Origin: Acidobacteriota bacterium
GTDB taxonomy: Bacteria; Acidobacteriota; UBA6911; JACQSX01
DNA: 62,675 bases
Direction of reading: 5' to 3'
Assembly: GCA_036507075.1 (NCBI GenBank)
Contig: DASXQR010000105.1
Location: 1-62,675, forward strand
The notes beneath the pieces are model-generated. The model was not told the DNA's origin, ran no database searches, and saw nothing but the letters and a program-made list of their open reading frames with translations. Both the position numbers and the translations under genes were made by a program. Of this stretch, positions 29,304 to 39,440 are shown in pieces. How positions within the stretch are numbered: the first letter of the stretch is position 1; every line of letters begins with the position of its first letter.

Positions 29304-29777
29304 TTGAAGATTGGAATTCTTTCCGACACTCACGGAATCTGGCGCCCGCAGATTGAGCCATGCTTCCAGGGCGTAGAGCGCATTTTCCATGCCGGTGATG
29401 TCGGCAGACTGGAAATCCTCGAAAATCTTTCAGCAATTGCCCCCGTTCTGGCGGTGCGTGGAAACGTGGACGAATATGCCGAGGCGGGCCATCTTCCGGC
29501 GGAAATCGAAGCCGAAGTTGAAGATGTTCGATTCCTTGTTCGGCATGTGGGTTGCAATGTCGAAGCGACGCCTTCCGACCTGAAGAGATTGCTGCAATCG
29601 AGAGAGATCGGGGTTTTTCTCTTCGGTCACTCGCACAAAATGTATAGTGAATATCTCGGTCCCACGCTGTTTTTCAATCCGGGCGCGGCCGGGCCCCGGC
29701 GCTTTTCACTTCCACTGTCGGTTGCCACCATGGAGATAAGACGTGGGGAGCTCAGTTGGCGATTCTGGGAACTGTAG
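29304..29777 (+). CDS. Metallophosphoesterase (YfcE/MJ0936 family)
   Basis: SDTH, HAGD, VRGNVD, FGHSH, NPG. Confidence 0.9.
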   Translation: MKIGILSDTHGIWRPQIEPCFQGVERIFHAGDVGRLEILENLSAIAPVLAVRGNVDEYAEAGHLPAEIEAEVEDVRFLVRHVGCNVEATPSDLKRLLQSREIGVFLFGHSHKMYSEYLGPTLFFNPGAAGPRRFSLPLSVATMEIRRGELSWRFWEL

Positions 29778-29780
29778 TGT

Positions 29781-30034
29781 TGAGGGACTGAGGGATGGAG
29801 GGACTGAGGGATGGAGGGATGGAGGGACTGAGGGATGGAGAGATTGAGGGATTGAGGGATGGAGAGATTGAGAGATTGAGAGGTTAAGAGGCTAAGAGAT
29901 TGAGAGGTTAAGAGATTGAGGGAGAGACGTTCTCAATCTCAATCCGTCCACCCTTCAATCCCTCCATCCCTTCAATCCCTCCATCCCTCTATCCCTCCAT
30001 CCCTCCATCCCTCAGTCCCTCCATCCCTCAATCC
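29781..30034. repeat. Large octamer (GAGGGAYK/GAGAGATT) palindrome
   Basis: Left array 29781-29926, right array 29932-30034; contains the PBP1A stop. Confidence 0.93.
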
Positions 30035-32412
30035 CCCTGCGGGGGCGGAGGCACGGGCGAGGGTGCGGGGGCCGGCAGGGCGGTCGGCGGCTGAGTGCTC
30101 GCTGGGGTGGCAGGTACGGTCGTCTGAGGTTTCTGCAGAGCCGGAGCCTCACCCGCCTTTGACTCATTGCTTGTCAGCAATTGCTTCTTTGCATCTTTGG
30201 CGGTCTCGCATTCGGCGAATTTTTCGGGCGGTTTGTCTTTGAGCGCCTTTTGCATGAAGTCAATCCAGATGGGAAGCGCCAGCGCCGCTCCGGTCACCTT
30301 GGGACCCAGAGATTTCTTCGTGTCGTAACCTGTCCAAACGCCTGCCGTCATGGAAGGAGTAAAGCCGATGAACCAGGAGTCGGTGCAGTCGTTGGTGGTG
30401 CCCGTCTTGCCGCCCAGGGGACGACCCAGCACCTTCGCCTTGGTCGAAGTTCCGAACTGAATCACACCCTGCAGCAGCGAAACCATGTCGCAAGCAACAT
30501 CGGCCGAGATTACTTCGCTGATTCTGGCCTTGTGCGATTCCTGCATGATCCCATCGTAATCTTCCACGCGCCGTATAAAGTAGGGCTTCACCTGGATTCC
30601 GTTGTTTGGGAAGGTTGAAAACGCCGAAGTCATCTCCAGCAGCGTAACTTCATTTGCTCCCAGCGCAATCGGAAGGTAAGGCTGGAACTGGCTGGTAATT
30701 CCGAATCGGTGCGCCATGGCGATGATGTTTTTTACTCCAATTTTGGAAGCCACGCGCACTGCGGGCATATTTCGGGACTCTGCCAGAGCCTTGCGAATGG
30801 TAATCGGCCCTTTGTATTCGTGATCGTAGTTTTGAGGAGACCACGTGCCAAAGCTGACGGGGGCGTCCAGAACGATATCGTCCGGCTTGAATCCCTCTTC
30901 CAGAGCGGCAGTGTAAACGATCGGCTTGAAAATGGAGCCTGTCTGCCGAAAGGCTTGAGTGGCACGATTGAATTTGCTCTGGTTGAAGTCATATCCGCCC
31001 ACCATCGCTTTGATTTCACCCGTGGAGTTTTCGATGACTACAAAAGCTCCCTGCGCTTCCGGTATCTGATCCAGCGTTACTTTGATCTCAGGATTGGATG
31101 GTTCAACTTTCTGAATTTCGAATGCGCACACGTCTCCGGCGCGCAGGATTTTGGCTGGGGACTTCTTCTTGGTCCACGCAATTTCCTTGGACCCGATGCG
31201 GGCGTGATATTCGCCGATTTTTACTTCGGCAAAATCGGAATCCACGCTCGTGATTAATCCGTGCACTACCATGCCAGGCCGCAGGATCAGAGACCAATCC
31301 GGGTGCACATAGCTGTCCAGCTTGTTGCCTGAGCTCAAAATATTCATCTCGGGCTTGCGCCAGCCTTTCTGCTTGTCGAAGGCACGCAAGCCGTTCCGAA
31401 GAGCCTCCGTGGCCGCCACCTGCATGTCGAGGTTGATCGTGGAATAGATCTGCATTCCTTTGCGCCAGATCTCATCTGTTTTGAAACGCTCTTCAAGGTT
31501 CTGGCGGACCTGCTCGACGAGATACGGAGCCATCGAGTTGTTGCTGTCCCGAATGTTCAGGACAATCGGCTCCTTCATAGTTTTCTCCGCCAGGGCGTGA
31601 TCGATATACTTCTCGCTCTCCATGCGACGCAGCACCAGATTGCGGCGAGTCAAGGCCCGGTCGGGATTGTTGATCGGCGAATACCAGATTGCCGAGCGGG
31701 CCATGCCGGCCAGCAGGGCGCACTCGGCCAGCGTCAACTGGCTGGGCGTTTTGCTGAAATAGAAGTCTGCCGCCGAGGTGACGCCGTAGTTGCCGTGGCC
31801 CAGGTAAATCTGGTTACAGTAAAAAGTCAGGATCTGCTCCTTCGAGTAGTGCTTTTCAATCTGCAGGGCAAACAACGCGTCCTTGATTTTGCGCTCGAAA
31901 CTCTTTTTGGGGCTGGTGAGGCGAAGTTTACTGAGCTGCTGGGTCAGCGTGCTGGCCCCCTGGGCTTTTTTCCAGGTGACCAGATCTTCCAGGGCGGCCC
32001 GTCCCAGCCGGTAAAAATCGATGCCGGAGTGCTTGAAAAAGTTCTGATCTTCTGTGGCGATGATCGCTTCTTTGAAGCGCTTTGGAATCTGATTGTAGCC
32101 AATGATTACGCGGCGCTCGATGGCGAACTGACCGATTGGCCTGCCGTCGTCAGAATACACATACGAGATTACATCAGGCCGGGTGTCTTCCAACGCCTGG
32201 ACTGCGGACAGATCCACCGCGTAGCCGAAAATCAGGCCCAGGATCGCTCCGCTCATGGCCGCCACAAGAAGAGCGATGCCAAAGGAAGACCAGCCAATCC
32301 AGCGGAGAACGCGACGGAGCCGGACTGACGAGCGGCCCAGGGTAGAAAACTTAGAGGGCGCCTTCCAGGATAGCCTTGCACCCCGCAAAGTAGAGTCTGA
32401 ATTTCTGTTCAA
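30028..32412 (-). CDS. Class A penicillin-binding protein (PBP1A family)
   Basis: TM anchor; EDQNFFKH, GASTLTQQL, RKIKD; OB-like insert; GSIFKP (SxxK), SRN (SxN), KTGT. Confidence 0.93.
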   Translation of the reverse strand: MNRNSDSTLRGARLSWKAPSKFSTLGRSSVRLRRVLRWIGWSSFGIALLVAAMSGAILGLIFGYAVDLSAVQALEDTRPDVISYVYSDDGRPIGQFAIERRVIIGYNQIPKRFKEAIIATEDQNFFKHSGIDFYRLGRAALEDLVTWKKAQGASTLTQQLSKLRLTSPKKSFERKIKDALFALQIEKHYSKEQILTFYCNQIYLGHGNYGVTSAADFYFSKTPSQLTLAECALLAGMARSAIWYSPINNPDRALTRRNLVLRRMESEKYIDHALAEKTMKEPIVLNIRDSNNSMAPYLVEQVRQNLEERFKTDEIWRKGMQIYSTINLDMQVAATEALRNGLRAFDKQKGWRKPEMNILSSGNKLDSYVHPDWSLILRPGMVVHGLITSVDSDFAEVKIGEYHARIGSKEIAWTKKKSPAKILRAGDVCAFEIQKVEPSNPEIKVTLDQIPEAQGAFVVIENSTGEIKAMVGGYDFNQSKFNRATQAFRQTGSIFKPIVYTAALEEGFKPDDIVLDAPVSFGTWSPQNYDHEYKGPITIRKALAESRNMPAVRVASKIGVKNIIAMAHRFGITSQFQPYLPIALGANEVTLLEMTSAFSTFPNNGIQVKPYFIRRVEDYDGIMQESHKARISEVISADVACDMVSLLQGVIQFGTSTKAKVLGRPLGGKTGTTNDCTDSWFIGFTPSMTAGVWTGYDTKKSLGPKVTGAALALPIWIDFMQKALKDKPPEKFAECETAKDAKKQLLTSNESKAGEAPALQKPQTTVPATPASTQPPTALPAPAPSPVPPPPQGD

Positions 32413-32518
32413 TCACTGCACCTGTCCCCACCGATTATAGCATTGGAGATGGCTTCGCAGGCATCAAGGTTGCGCCCGGGGGCTTGGCCGGTATCCGAGC
32501 TGCGCGCGTAAGCCCGGA

Positions 32519-32651
32519 TGAGGGATGGAGGGATTGAGGGATTGAGAGGTTAAGAGATTGAGGGAGAGACGTTCTCAATCTCCATCCCTCCATCCCTCCA
32601 TCCCTCCATCCCTCCATCCCTCCATCCCTCCATCCCTCCTCCACTCCCTCA
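32519..32651. repeat. Octamer palindrome sharing a 43-bp core with the 29781-30034 element
   Basis: gattgagaggttaagagattgagggagagacgttctcaatctc identical at 29898-29940 and 32540-32582. Confidence 0.92.
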
Positions 32652-32698
32652 TAACCTAAAGAGCTGGTATCGTTTAACCCTGATATCACCGCCGCAAA

Positions 32699-32727
32699 TT
32701 GACAACAACACACTCACATCCTATATT
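32699..32727 (+). promoter_or_regulatory. Sigma70-type promoter of the dnaK operon, overlapped by a degenerate HAIR-like site
   Basis: TTGACA-N17-TATATT; ATTGACA-N7-ACTCACA at 32698-32718 matches 9/14 of CTTGAGT-N7-ACTCAAG. Confidence 0.65.
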
Positions 32728-32803
32728 GCCCTTATGCCATGCAAGACAAGATGAAGCTCTGCAATAACATAGATATTACTGTCGAAGTGAAGGGAGGCTC
32801 GTG

Positions 32804-34729
32804 ATGAGCAAGATCATTGGAATTGACCTCGGAACAACCAACTCCGTCGTGGCGGTCATGGAAGGCGGGGAGCCCGTTGTGATTACTAATCCGGAGGGAA
32901 GCCGCACCACGCCGTCGGTTGTGGCTTTTACCAAGAGCGGGGAGCGACTGGTCGGCCAAGTGGCGAAACGCCAGGCTGTCACCAATTCCGAAAACACCGT
33001 CTTTTCCATCAAACGCTTCATGGGACGCAAGTACGACGAAGTTACAGAAGAAATGAAAATGGTCCCCTACAAGGTGACCCGCGCCCCCAATGGCGACGCG
33101 GTCGTGCAGATCGGCGACAAGACATACACACCGCCCGAGATTTCAGCCATGATCCTTCAGAAAATGAAGGCGGCCGCAGAGGAGCATCTGGGACAGAAGG
33201 TAACGCAGGCGGTCATCACCGTGCCGGCCTATTTCAATGACAGCCAGCGCCAGGCAACCAAGGATGCCGGCCGCATTGCGGGGCTGGAAGTTTTGCGGCT
33301 GGTAAACGAGCCTACTGCCGCCGCGCTGGCTTATGGTCTGGATAAGAAGAAGAACGAAACTATTGCCGTCTACGATTTTGGCGGCGGCACTTTTGACATC
33401 TCAATACTGGAAGTGGGGGAAGGCGTCGTTGAAGTGAAATCCACCAACGGTGACACCCATCTGGGCGGCGACAATATCGATCAGAGAATCATCGACTGGA
33501 TCATTGACGAATTCAGAAAGGATCAGGGAGTCGATCTGTCCAAAGACCGGATGGCGCTGCAGCGGCTGAAGGAAGCCGCCGAAAAGGCGAAGATGGAGCT
33601 CTCCACTACCATGGAAACGGAAATCAACCTTCCGTTCATCACCGCCGACGCGAGCGGGCCAAAGCACATGACGATGAAGCTGACCCGCGCCAAATTCGAG
33701 CAACTGGTTGAAGACATCCTGCAGCGGAGCGTCGCTCCCTGCAAGCAGGCGCTGGCCGACGCCGGCGTGAAGGCCGAAGATATTCAGGAAGTCGTGCTTG
33801 TCGGAGGATCCACGCGCATTCCGCGGGTGCAGCAGATTGTGCGCGAGCTGTTCAAAAAGGAGCCTCACAAAGGCGTGAATCCCGATGAAGTGGTGGCTGT
33901 GGGCGCTGCCGTTCAGGCGGGCGTCCTTGGCGGAGACGTCAAAGACCTGCTGCTGCTGGACGTAACGCCGCTTTCACTCGGCATCGAGACGCTGGGGGGT
34001 GTGTTCACCAAGCTGATCGATCGGAACACCACGATCCCCACGCGCAAAAGCGAGATTTTTTCGACCGCCGCCGATAATCAGACGTCGGTTGAGGTGCATG
34101 TGCTTCAGGGAGAACGCCCCATGGCGCGCGACAACCGAACGCTGGGTAAGTTCCACCTGGTCGGAATTCCCGCAGCTCAGCGTGGAGTGCCTCAGATCGA
34201 GGTCACGTTTGACATTGATGCGAATGGCATCGTTAACGTCTCAGCGAAGGATCTGGGCACGGGCAAAGAGCAGAAAATCACCATCACCGCCACTTCCGGC
34301 CTGAGCAAGGAAGAGATTGACCGCTTGATGAAGGAAGCGGAATCGCATGCGGACGAAGATCGCCGCAAGCGCGATGAGATTGAAGCCCGTAACCGTGCTG
34401 ACAATCTTGTCTACAATACCGAAAAAATCCTGCGTGAAAACCGGGACAAGATTCCTGATGCCGACGCCAAGAACATCGAGGCTGCCATCGAGGAAACCAA
34501 AAAGTCCATGGAGTCCAATGACGCGCAGCAGATTAACGCCGCTGTGGATAAGCTGACGCAGGCGTCGCACAAGCTGGCCGAGGTGATGTACCAGTCGGCC
34601 CAGAGCGCTCAAGGCGCCGCGCAGGGAGCCGGTCCGTCGGCTTCATCGGAGCCTTCTGCGGGCGAGCAGAAAAAAAAGGATGAAGAAGTGATTGACGCCG
34701 AGTTTGTCGACGTCGACGAAAACAAGTAA
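32804..34729 (+). CDS. dnaK: Chaperone DnaK
   Basis: [42 protein letters not shown]. Confidence 0.98.
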   Translation: MSKIIGIDLGTTNSVVAVMEGGEPVVITNPEGSRTTPSVVAFTKSGERLVGQVAKRQAVTNSENTVFSIKRFMGRKYDEVTEEMKMVPYKVTRAPNGDAVVQIGDKTYTPPEISAMILQKMKAAAEEHLGQKVTQAVITVPAYFNDSQRQATKDAGRIAGLEVLRLVNEPTAAALAYGLDKKKNETIAVYDFGGGTFDISILEVGEGVVEVKSTNGDTHLGGDNIDQRIIDWIIDEFRKDQGVDLSKDRMALQRLKEAAEKAKMELSTTMETEINLPFITADASGPKHMTMKLTRAKFEQLVEDILQRSVAPCKQALADAGVKAEDIQEVVLVGGSTRIPRVQQIVRELFKKEPHKGVNPDEVVAVGAAVQAGVLGGDVKDLLLLDVTPLSLGIETLGGVFTKLIDRNTTIPTRKSEIFSTAADNQTSVEVHVLQGERPMARDNRTLGKFHLVGIPAAQRGVPQIEVTFDIDANGIVNVSAKDLGTGKEQKITITATSGLSKEEIDRLMKEAESHADEDRRKRDEIEARNRADNLVYNTEKILRENRDKIPDADAKNIEAAIEETKKSMESNDAQQINAAVDKLTQASHKLAEVMYQSAQSAQGAAQGAGPSASSEPSAGEQKKKDEEVIDAEFVDVDENK

Positions 34730-34735
34730 GCGCGA

Positions 34736-35155
34736 ATGTCAGCAAGAAAGCACGACCCGTTTCAAGGCTTGATTGCGATCCAGGACCGGCTGACGCGAAT
34801 GTTCTGCGACGAGCTGCAGGGACAGGAAGCTCCGTCGGTGTGGGTTCCGCCGGTTGATATCTATGAGACCGAGGAGCGCTACGTTCTGCAGGCCGAAGTG
34901 CCGGGAATGAAGACGGAACAGATCAAGATCCAGATCCACGACAATCAACTTCAAATTGAGGGAAGAAGGGAGCTGCTTCTTGGCGACAGCGAGAAACAAC
35001 ACATACTGGAAAGCCCTCACGGCGAATTCAGGAGAACCTTCCAATTCTCGGTTCCGCTGCAAGCGGACCAGGTGCACGCGGAGCTGTCCGACGGTATTCT
35101 GAAGATTGATCTTCCCAAGAAAGAAAAGGACAAGAGGAGGATTGAAATCACCTGA
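34736..35155 (+). CDS. Hsp20/alpha-crystallin small heat-shock protein
   Basis: WVPPVDIYET, AEVPGM, GEFRRTF, A.L.DGIL.I.LPK. Confidence 0.92.
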   Translation: MSARKHDPFQGLIAIQDRLTRMFCDELQGQEAPSVWVPPVDIYETEERYVLQAEVPGMKTEQIKIQIHDNQLQIEGRRELLLGDSEKQHILESPHGEFRRTFQFSVPLQADQVHAELSDGILKIDLPKKEKDKRRIEIT

Positions 35156-35158
35156 AGC

Positions 35159-36304
35159 ATGGCCGCCACAGCAAATCAGGATTACTACGCGATTTTGGGA
35201 GTTCCACGCGGCGCCGGTGAGAACGAGATAAAGAAGGCCTATCGCAAGATGGCCCGCAAGTACCATCCTGACGTAAACCCCGGAGACAAAGGAGCAGAAG
35301 AAAAGTTTAAGACAGTTCAGGAAGCCTACACCGTCCTGAGCGATTCCGAAAAGCGCAAGATTTACGACCAGTATGGTTTCTACAGGGAAGGCTTCCAGGC
35401 CCAGCCGCCTCCGGGTTATGGCGGCGCCGGCGGTGGTCGCGGATTCGAAGGTTTTGATTTCTCCGGCTTCGGCGCCGGCGGCGGAGGTTCGGATTTTTCG
35501 GAAATCTTCTCCGAATTTTTTGGCGGTGCCGGTCGCGCGCGCCAACCGGCCGGGCCGATGCCCGGCGAAGACCTCGAGTATTATCTGAATATCGGATTCA
35601 TGGATGCAATTCGCGGCTTGAATACGCGAATCAGCATCAGCCGCAAAGCAACCTGCGACGTTTGCCACGGGACCGGGTCCACGTCAGGAAAGGCCGAGAC
35701 GGTCTGTCCGGTGTGCCAGGGAAAGGGCCGCATCGAGCAGTCTCGAGGCCCGCTCAAGTTTGCCTCTGTCTGTACCAACTGCGGCGGCACGGGTCGGATT
35801 TCACGGGGCGACTGCAGGCAGTGCGGGGGAACAGGGAGAATCGATAAGGTCGAAACTATCAACGTGCGCATTCCCCCGGGCGTGGCAACCGGTTCCCGTG
35901 TAAGAGTGCCCAAAAAGGGGAATGACGGAAAGGGCGGCGGGACTCCTGGCGACTTGTATCTTGTCATCGAAGTGGCTCCGCACCCGTTCTTCTCGCGTCA
36001 GGGGAACGATCTGGTGTGCGAGGTTCCCTTGACACTGACGGAGGCGCTGCTGGGCACAAAAATCGAAGTTCCCACAGTGGATGGCAAGGCCCTTTTGAAG
36101 ATCCCTCCCGGCACGCAGAGCGGCCAGAAGTTTCGGCTGGCGGGAAAGGGAGTGCCATCGCGCCGCGGCGGCGATCGCGGCGATCAAATTGTGGAAGTGA
36201 AAGTGGTGCTTCCGAAAATTCAGGACGAGCGATCCAAAGAGATTTTGCGCGAGCTGGAGCAGCTCAATCCCTACAATCCTCGCAATGGAATGCGTTTTGA
36301 GTGA
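35159..36304 (+). CDS. dnaJ: Chaperone DnaJ
   Basis: J domain with HPD, G/F-rich region, four CxxCxGxG motifs. Confidence 0.96.
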   Translation: MAATANQDYYAILGVPRGAGENEIKKAYRKMARKYHPDVNPGDKGAEEKFKTVQEAYTVLSDSEKRKIYDQYGFYREGFQAQPPPGYGGAGGGRGFEGFDFSGFGAGGGGSDFSEIFSEFFGGAGRARQPAGPMPGEDLEYYLNIGFMDAIRGLNTRISISRKATCDVCHGTGSTSGKAETVCPVCQGKGRIEQSRGPLKFASVCTNCGGTGRISRGDCRQCGGTGRIDKVETINVRIPPGVATGSRVRVPKKGNDGKGGGTPGDLYLVIEVAPHPFFSRQGNDLVCEVPLTLTEALLGTKIEVPTVDGKALLKIPPGTQSGQKFRLAGKGVPSRRGGDRGDQIVEVKVVLPKIQDERSKEILRELEQLNPYNPRNGMRFE

Positions 36305-36316
36305 GGCAGGTGTCGG

Positions 36317-36700
36317 ATGAAAAAAAAGATCGAGACTGGATACACCATCAGTACGGTAGCCACCAGATATCGGATTCATCCCCAGACCTTAAGACTTTAT
36401 GAACGCGAGGGGTTGTTGAAACCCTCACGCACGCGCGGCAACACGCGGCTTTATGTCGACCGCGATTTGCAGAAGCTGGAAGTCATTTTGAATCTCACCC
36501 GGGACATGGGAGTAAACCTGGCTGGCGTGGAAGTGATCTTGAGTATGCGGGAGCGAATGCAACTACTGCAGCGAGAGTTTGAGACGCTTTTTCAATACGT
36601 GCAGTCTCACATCGAAGCCGACGAGAGCACATTTCGGGAGAGGCTGCGCAACTCCCTGGTCCCCAAGCCTCCCACCAAAATCATCCGTATCCAACCTTGA
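36317..36700 (+). CDS. hspR: MerR-family heat-shock repressor HspR
   Basis: YTISTVA...IHPQTLRLYEREGLLKPSRT.GNTRLY, GVNLAGV; follows dnaJ. Confidence 0.88.
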   Translation: MKKKIETGYTISTVATRYRIHPQTLRLYEREGLLKPSRTRGNTRLYVDRDLQKLEVILNLTRDMGVNLAGVEVILSMRERMQLLQREFETLFQYVQSHIEADESTFRERLRNSLVPKPPTKIIRIQP

Positions 36701-36706
36701 GGCCCC

Positions 36707-36922
36707 GCCGCTGATTCACGCAAATTGCCACGGATAGAAACGGGCCGCTGATTTACACGGATTAACACGGAAGAATGTCCGCGTCGAGGGATCGGCGTCG
36801 AAGCCCAGCGCGCCTGACACACGGTAATAACTAAGCCCATCCCTCGGCCCGGATATCAATCAGCGTACTTCGCGCAAATCGGCGGCTAGTTCCATCTGTG
36901 TTAATCAGTGCAAATCGGCGGC
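36707..36922. repeat. Doubled decamer-family palindrome (CCGCTGATTTACACGGATTAACACGG)
   Basis: Left arms 36707-36735 and 36744-36771; right arms 36859-36886 and 36894-36922; between convergent genes. Confidence 0.85.
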
Positions 36923-36929
36923 TGGTTCT

Positions 36930-37169
36930 TCAAATTCGATCCAGGATTCTTGCCAACCGCTTTTCCGGAAAGCGATATTTGAAGATCTTCCTTCCATCCA
37001 CCAGCAGAACCGGGATCTGTTCGGAGTAAGCCTGGTATCCCGGAGTGTCGTCTATATCGATCAAATCAAACATCAATCCGCGCGCCTGGCACGCGCGCTG
37101 CAGAACGGCGAGCGCTTCCTCGCACAGATGGCAGCGTTTCCGCTTCAGGAACTGGATTCGGGCTGGCAT
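36930..37169 (-). CDS. Glutaredoxin-like protein (DUF836-type)
   Basis: CHLC, IDID, IPVLLVDG. Confidence 0.85.
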   Translation of the reverse strand: MPARIQFLKRKRCHLCEEALAVLQRACQARGLMFDLIDIDDTPGYQAYSEQIPVLLVDGRKIFKYRFPEKRLARILDRI

Positions 37170-37519
37170 TGCAGCAATTCACGGCGCGCCCGGCTGAAGC
37201 GCAGGCGGAGAGCCACACCTTCAGTGGAACGCTTCACAGTCTCGAAACTCTTTTCCAATCGATCAATCAGCCGGGCAGTACGAGTCGGATCGTAGGGGAT
37301 GAGGACCTGCTTCATTCCAAGCTCAGCGAAAATCTTGAGGTAGCGCGCCGTCACCAGGTCGGGGCAGGTCAATCTCTTTCGCCCCGCCTTCACCTCGTAA
37401 CCGAGGAACGTGTACATGATCTGGGCGCTGCATTTTCTTCCCGGCAGCCGAATCTTGCGCGTGCGGAAGGGGATCACCTGCTGGCAGTAAATCTCCACCA
37501 TGGTTTGGACTTCATTCAC
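37145..37519 (-). CDS. Hypothetical protein
   Basis: 124-aa ORF between co-oriented genes; CPDLVTARYLKIFAELG..PYDPT. Confidence 0.65.
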   Translation of the reverse strand: MNEVQTMVEIYCQQVIPFRTRKIRLPGRKCSAQIMYTFLGYEVKAGRKRLTCPDLVTARYLKIFAELGMKQVLIPYDPTRTARLIDRLEKSFETVKRSTEGVALRLRFSRARRELLQCQPESSS

Positions 37520-37580
37520 AGTTGTGATTCAACGACGGCAGAAGAAGCAAAGTCCAGACAATACTCAACTGCGTGAAAAT

Positions 37581-37680
37581 TTTTTACCCAGAGGCACAGC
37601 CCGGCAGTGTCGGTCGCAGCCAAAAAGCGGTCCACGACAACGTCAACGACCACGTCTGTGCTGTGCCTTTGTGGTGAAAA
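37581..37680. repeat. Composite element: ACCACAGAG arm + GGCCGCAACC-like linker + hexamer array
   Basis: acccagaggcacagcccggc..ggtcgcagccaaaaag..cacgacaacgtcaacgaccacgtc..ctgtgcctttgtggtgaaaa. Confidence 0.75.
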
Positions 37681-37712
37681 GGTTTTGCAGGTATTTGTGG
37701 GTGGGTCCGTGT

Positions 37713-38189
37713 CTACAGATTCTTGGTGCGCACCAGGCGCATGCACATGTTGCGCACGCCTTCCTGAACGCCGGTGTCTCTTGACAGCGCGCGCACGTCG
37801 CGAATCATCAGGCGCGGAACGGCCTGCAGCGCGTTGGTCAAAGGAGTTTTGGGGTTGCGGACAACGGCCACCAGGATGCAGTAGTGGCTCATCCATTCCT
37901 GGTTGAGGGAGATAATTCGCAGAACTTCTTCGTCCACGTTCCGCATTCCGGCGATTGCTTCCACTTCTTCAACGGAAAGCTTGCTCTGCAACACGGCCGT
38001 GGAAACGCGGCGGTTTCGATCCCGCACAAGAATGCGCCGCACCGAGGGAGACCCGGTGAAGGCAAGCCTCATCTTGGTACCCACGTCCATCAGTTCCAGT
38101 TTGTCCTGGATGGCTGTGAGCTCACTGTCTCTGAGGTAATCCTTGTACGAGGAGGGAGCTTTATTTGTGGAATGAGAGACGTCCGCCAT
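37713..38189 (-). CDS. Hypothetical alpha-helical repeat protein
   Basis: ILVRDRNRRVSTAVL, AVVRNPKTPL; 1-bp overlap with the rodZ stop. Confidence 0.75.
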   Translation of the reverse strand: MADVSHSTNKAPSSYKDYLRDSELTAIQDKLELMDVGTKMRLAFTGSPSVRRILVRDRNRRVSTAVLQSKLSVEEVEAIAGMRNVDEEVLRIISLNQEWMSHYCILVAVVRNPKTPLTNALQAVPRLMIRDVRALSRDTGVQEGVRNMCMRLVRTKNL

Positions 38190-38944
38190 TATGTCGTAAT
38201 GTGGACCCTGCCCTCATCTTTGTCAATTCTAATTCTTTTGACGCTATAGGACTTGCCGAGATTCTCCCAAACTTCGCCGTTGATGACGAACTTCAGGCCT
38301 GCGGCATTGCCGACCACTGCCTCGAAGTTCTTGTTGGCGCTGTAATTATAGGCTTCACCCTTCTTCAGCAGGCGCCGATCGATAACACTTCCGTCAGCAG
38401 AGAGAGACAGCCAGCACTCGTCCAAGACAACGATTTGCAGCATCAAATTGACGCTTTCCGACGGTTTATTGACGGTTTTTATCAACGGTACCGACTGTTT
38501 GGGCTCCGGCGCTGTGGACGGCATCGATCGAATGAGCGCTTTGGGCGACGCAGGAAGCTGGATGGCGGCCGCGTTATTCTGGCGTGACCGGTTTAGCCAG
38601 CCGGCGCGCAAATAAAGAAAGCCGGTGGCAGCGGCCGTGATAAGCAAGATCGCGGCTGCCCGAAACAGCCAGTTCCAGTTGCGAGGAGGCGGTTCGGGAG
38701 GGGGAGGCGGCGGAGGAAACTGACGCTCATAGATGTTAACGGCTTCTTCCGCGTTGGCGTGGAGCGCCCGTGCGTAAGATCTTACCATCGCGCGAGGAAA
38801 CATTCCTCCCGGCAGACGATCAAATCGATCCTCTTCAAGAGACCGCAGGAAGAGCAGATTGATCTTTGTGGCTTGAGATATCTGATCAAGAGACAGGTCA
38901 CGCTCTGCCCGGGCAGATCTAAGCCAGGAACCAACGGTTTGCAT
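38189..38944 (-). CDS. rodZ: RodZ-like HTH / TM / DUF4115 protein
   Basis: G..LR.AR...LSL.QI...TKI....L..LE.D.F..LPG; single TM; CWLSLSADG, GNAAG. Confidence 0.88.
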   Translation of the reverse strand: MQTVGSWLRSARAERDLSLDQISQATKINLLFLRSLEEDRFDRLPGGMFPRAMVRSYARALHANAEEAVNIYERQFPPPPPPPEPPPRNWNWLFRAAAILLITAAATGFLYLRAGWLNRSRQNNAAAIQLPASPKALIRSMPSTAPEPKQSVPLIKTVNKPSESVNLMLQIVVLDECWLSLSADGSVIDRRLLKKGEAYNYSANKNFEAVVGNAAGLKFVINGEVWENLGKSYSVKRIRIDKDEGRVHITT

Positions 38945-38973
38945 CTTTTTGCGACAGCGTAAAATGTGACGTC

Positions 38974-39002
38974 ATCATAAAACTATGTACCCGCTATGTC
39001 AA
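38974..39002 (-). promoter_or_regulatory. Sigma70-type promoter for the rodZ operon
   Basis: Minus strand TTGACA-N17-TATGAT, about 30 bp upstream of the ATG. Confidence 0.7.
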
Positions 39003-39113
39003 ACAAATTAAAGGCCTAAGTGGCGTTCGGGCCATTTTCTTGACCGGTCCTCTTCTGTGTGTTACGGTGATCACGTTTTTGCAAATTTTTTTTCCAAGGG
39101 GAGAGGAGTTTAA

Positions 39114-39416
39114 ATGCCACAGGAAGCCCTGGGTCTGATTGAAACGAAAGGTTTCGTAGGTTCCGTTGAAGCTGCTGATGCAATGGTAAAGGCGGCCAAC
39201 GTTACCTTGATCGGCAAAGAGTACATCGGTGCGGGTTACGTTACCGTGATGGTCCGCGGCGATGTAGGCGCCGTCAAGGCCGCTACCGACGCGGGCGCCG
39301 CCGCCGCGCGGCGCGTGGGCGAACTGGTGAGCGTTCATGTCATTCCTCGGCCCCATGCCGAAGTTGAAAAAATTCTCCCCAGTGGAAATCAACCCGGTCA
39401 GGGTTTGAAAAGATAG
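39114..39416 (+). CDS. Bacterial microcompartment hexamer shell protein (BMC-H, EutM/PduA-like)
   Basis: [38 protein letters not shown]. Confidence 0.95.
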   Translation: MPQEALGLIETKGFVGSVEAADAMVKAANVTLIGKEYIGAGYVTVMVRGDVGAVKAATDAGAAAARRVGELVSVHVIPRPHAEVEKILPSGNQPGQGLKR

Positions 39417-39440
39417 CAACACACGTCAAGCCGAACCCTC

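Noticed and set aside
29916..30242. Small ORFs with HPSIPPSL, TSTSTF or VDVHVH repeats (also 32435, 41032, 41431, 43134, 62400)
   Set aside because: Translations of octamer or hexamer arrays; no evidence of coding function.
32435..32519. GC-rich structured stretch as tRNA or ncRNA
   Set aside because: No cloverleaf, T-loop or CCA; only a REP-like hairpin atccgagct...agcccggat.
19461..32651. Repeat arrays as CRISPR
   Set aside because: Units are 6-10 nt in tandem with no unique 30-40-nt spacers between direct repeats, and no cas genes are present.
32652..32803. CIRCE element before dnaK
   Set aside because: TTAGCACTC-N9-GAGTGCTAA is not present.
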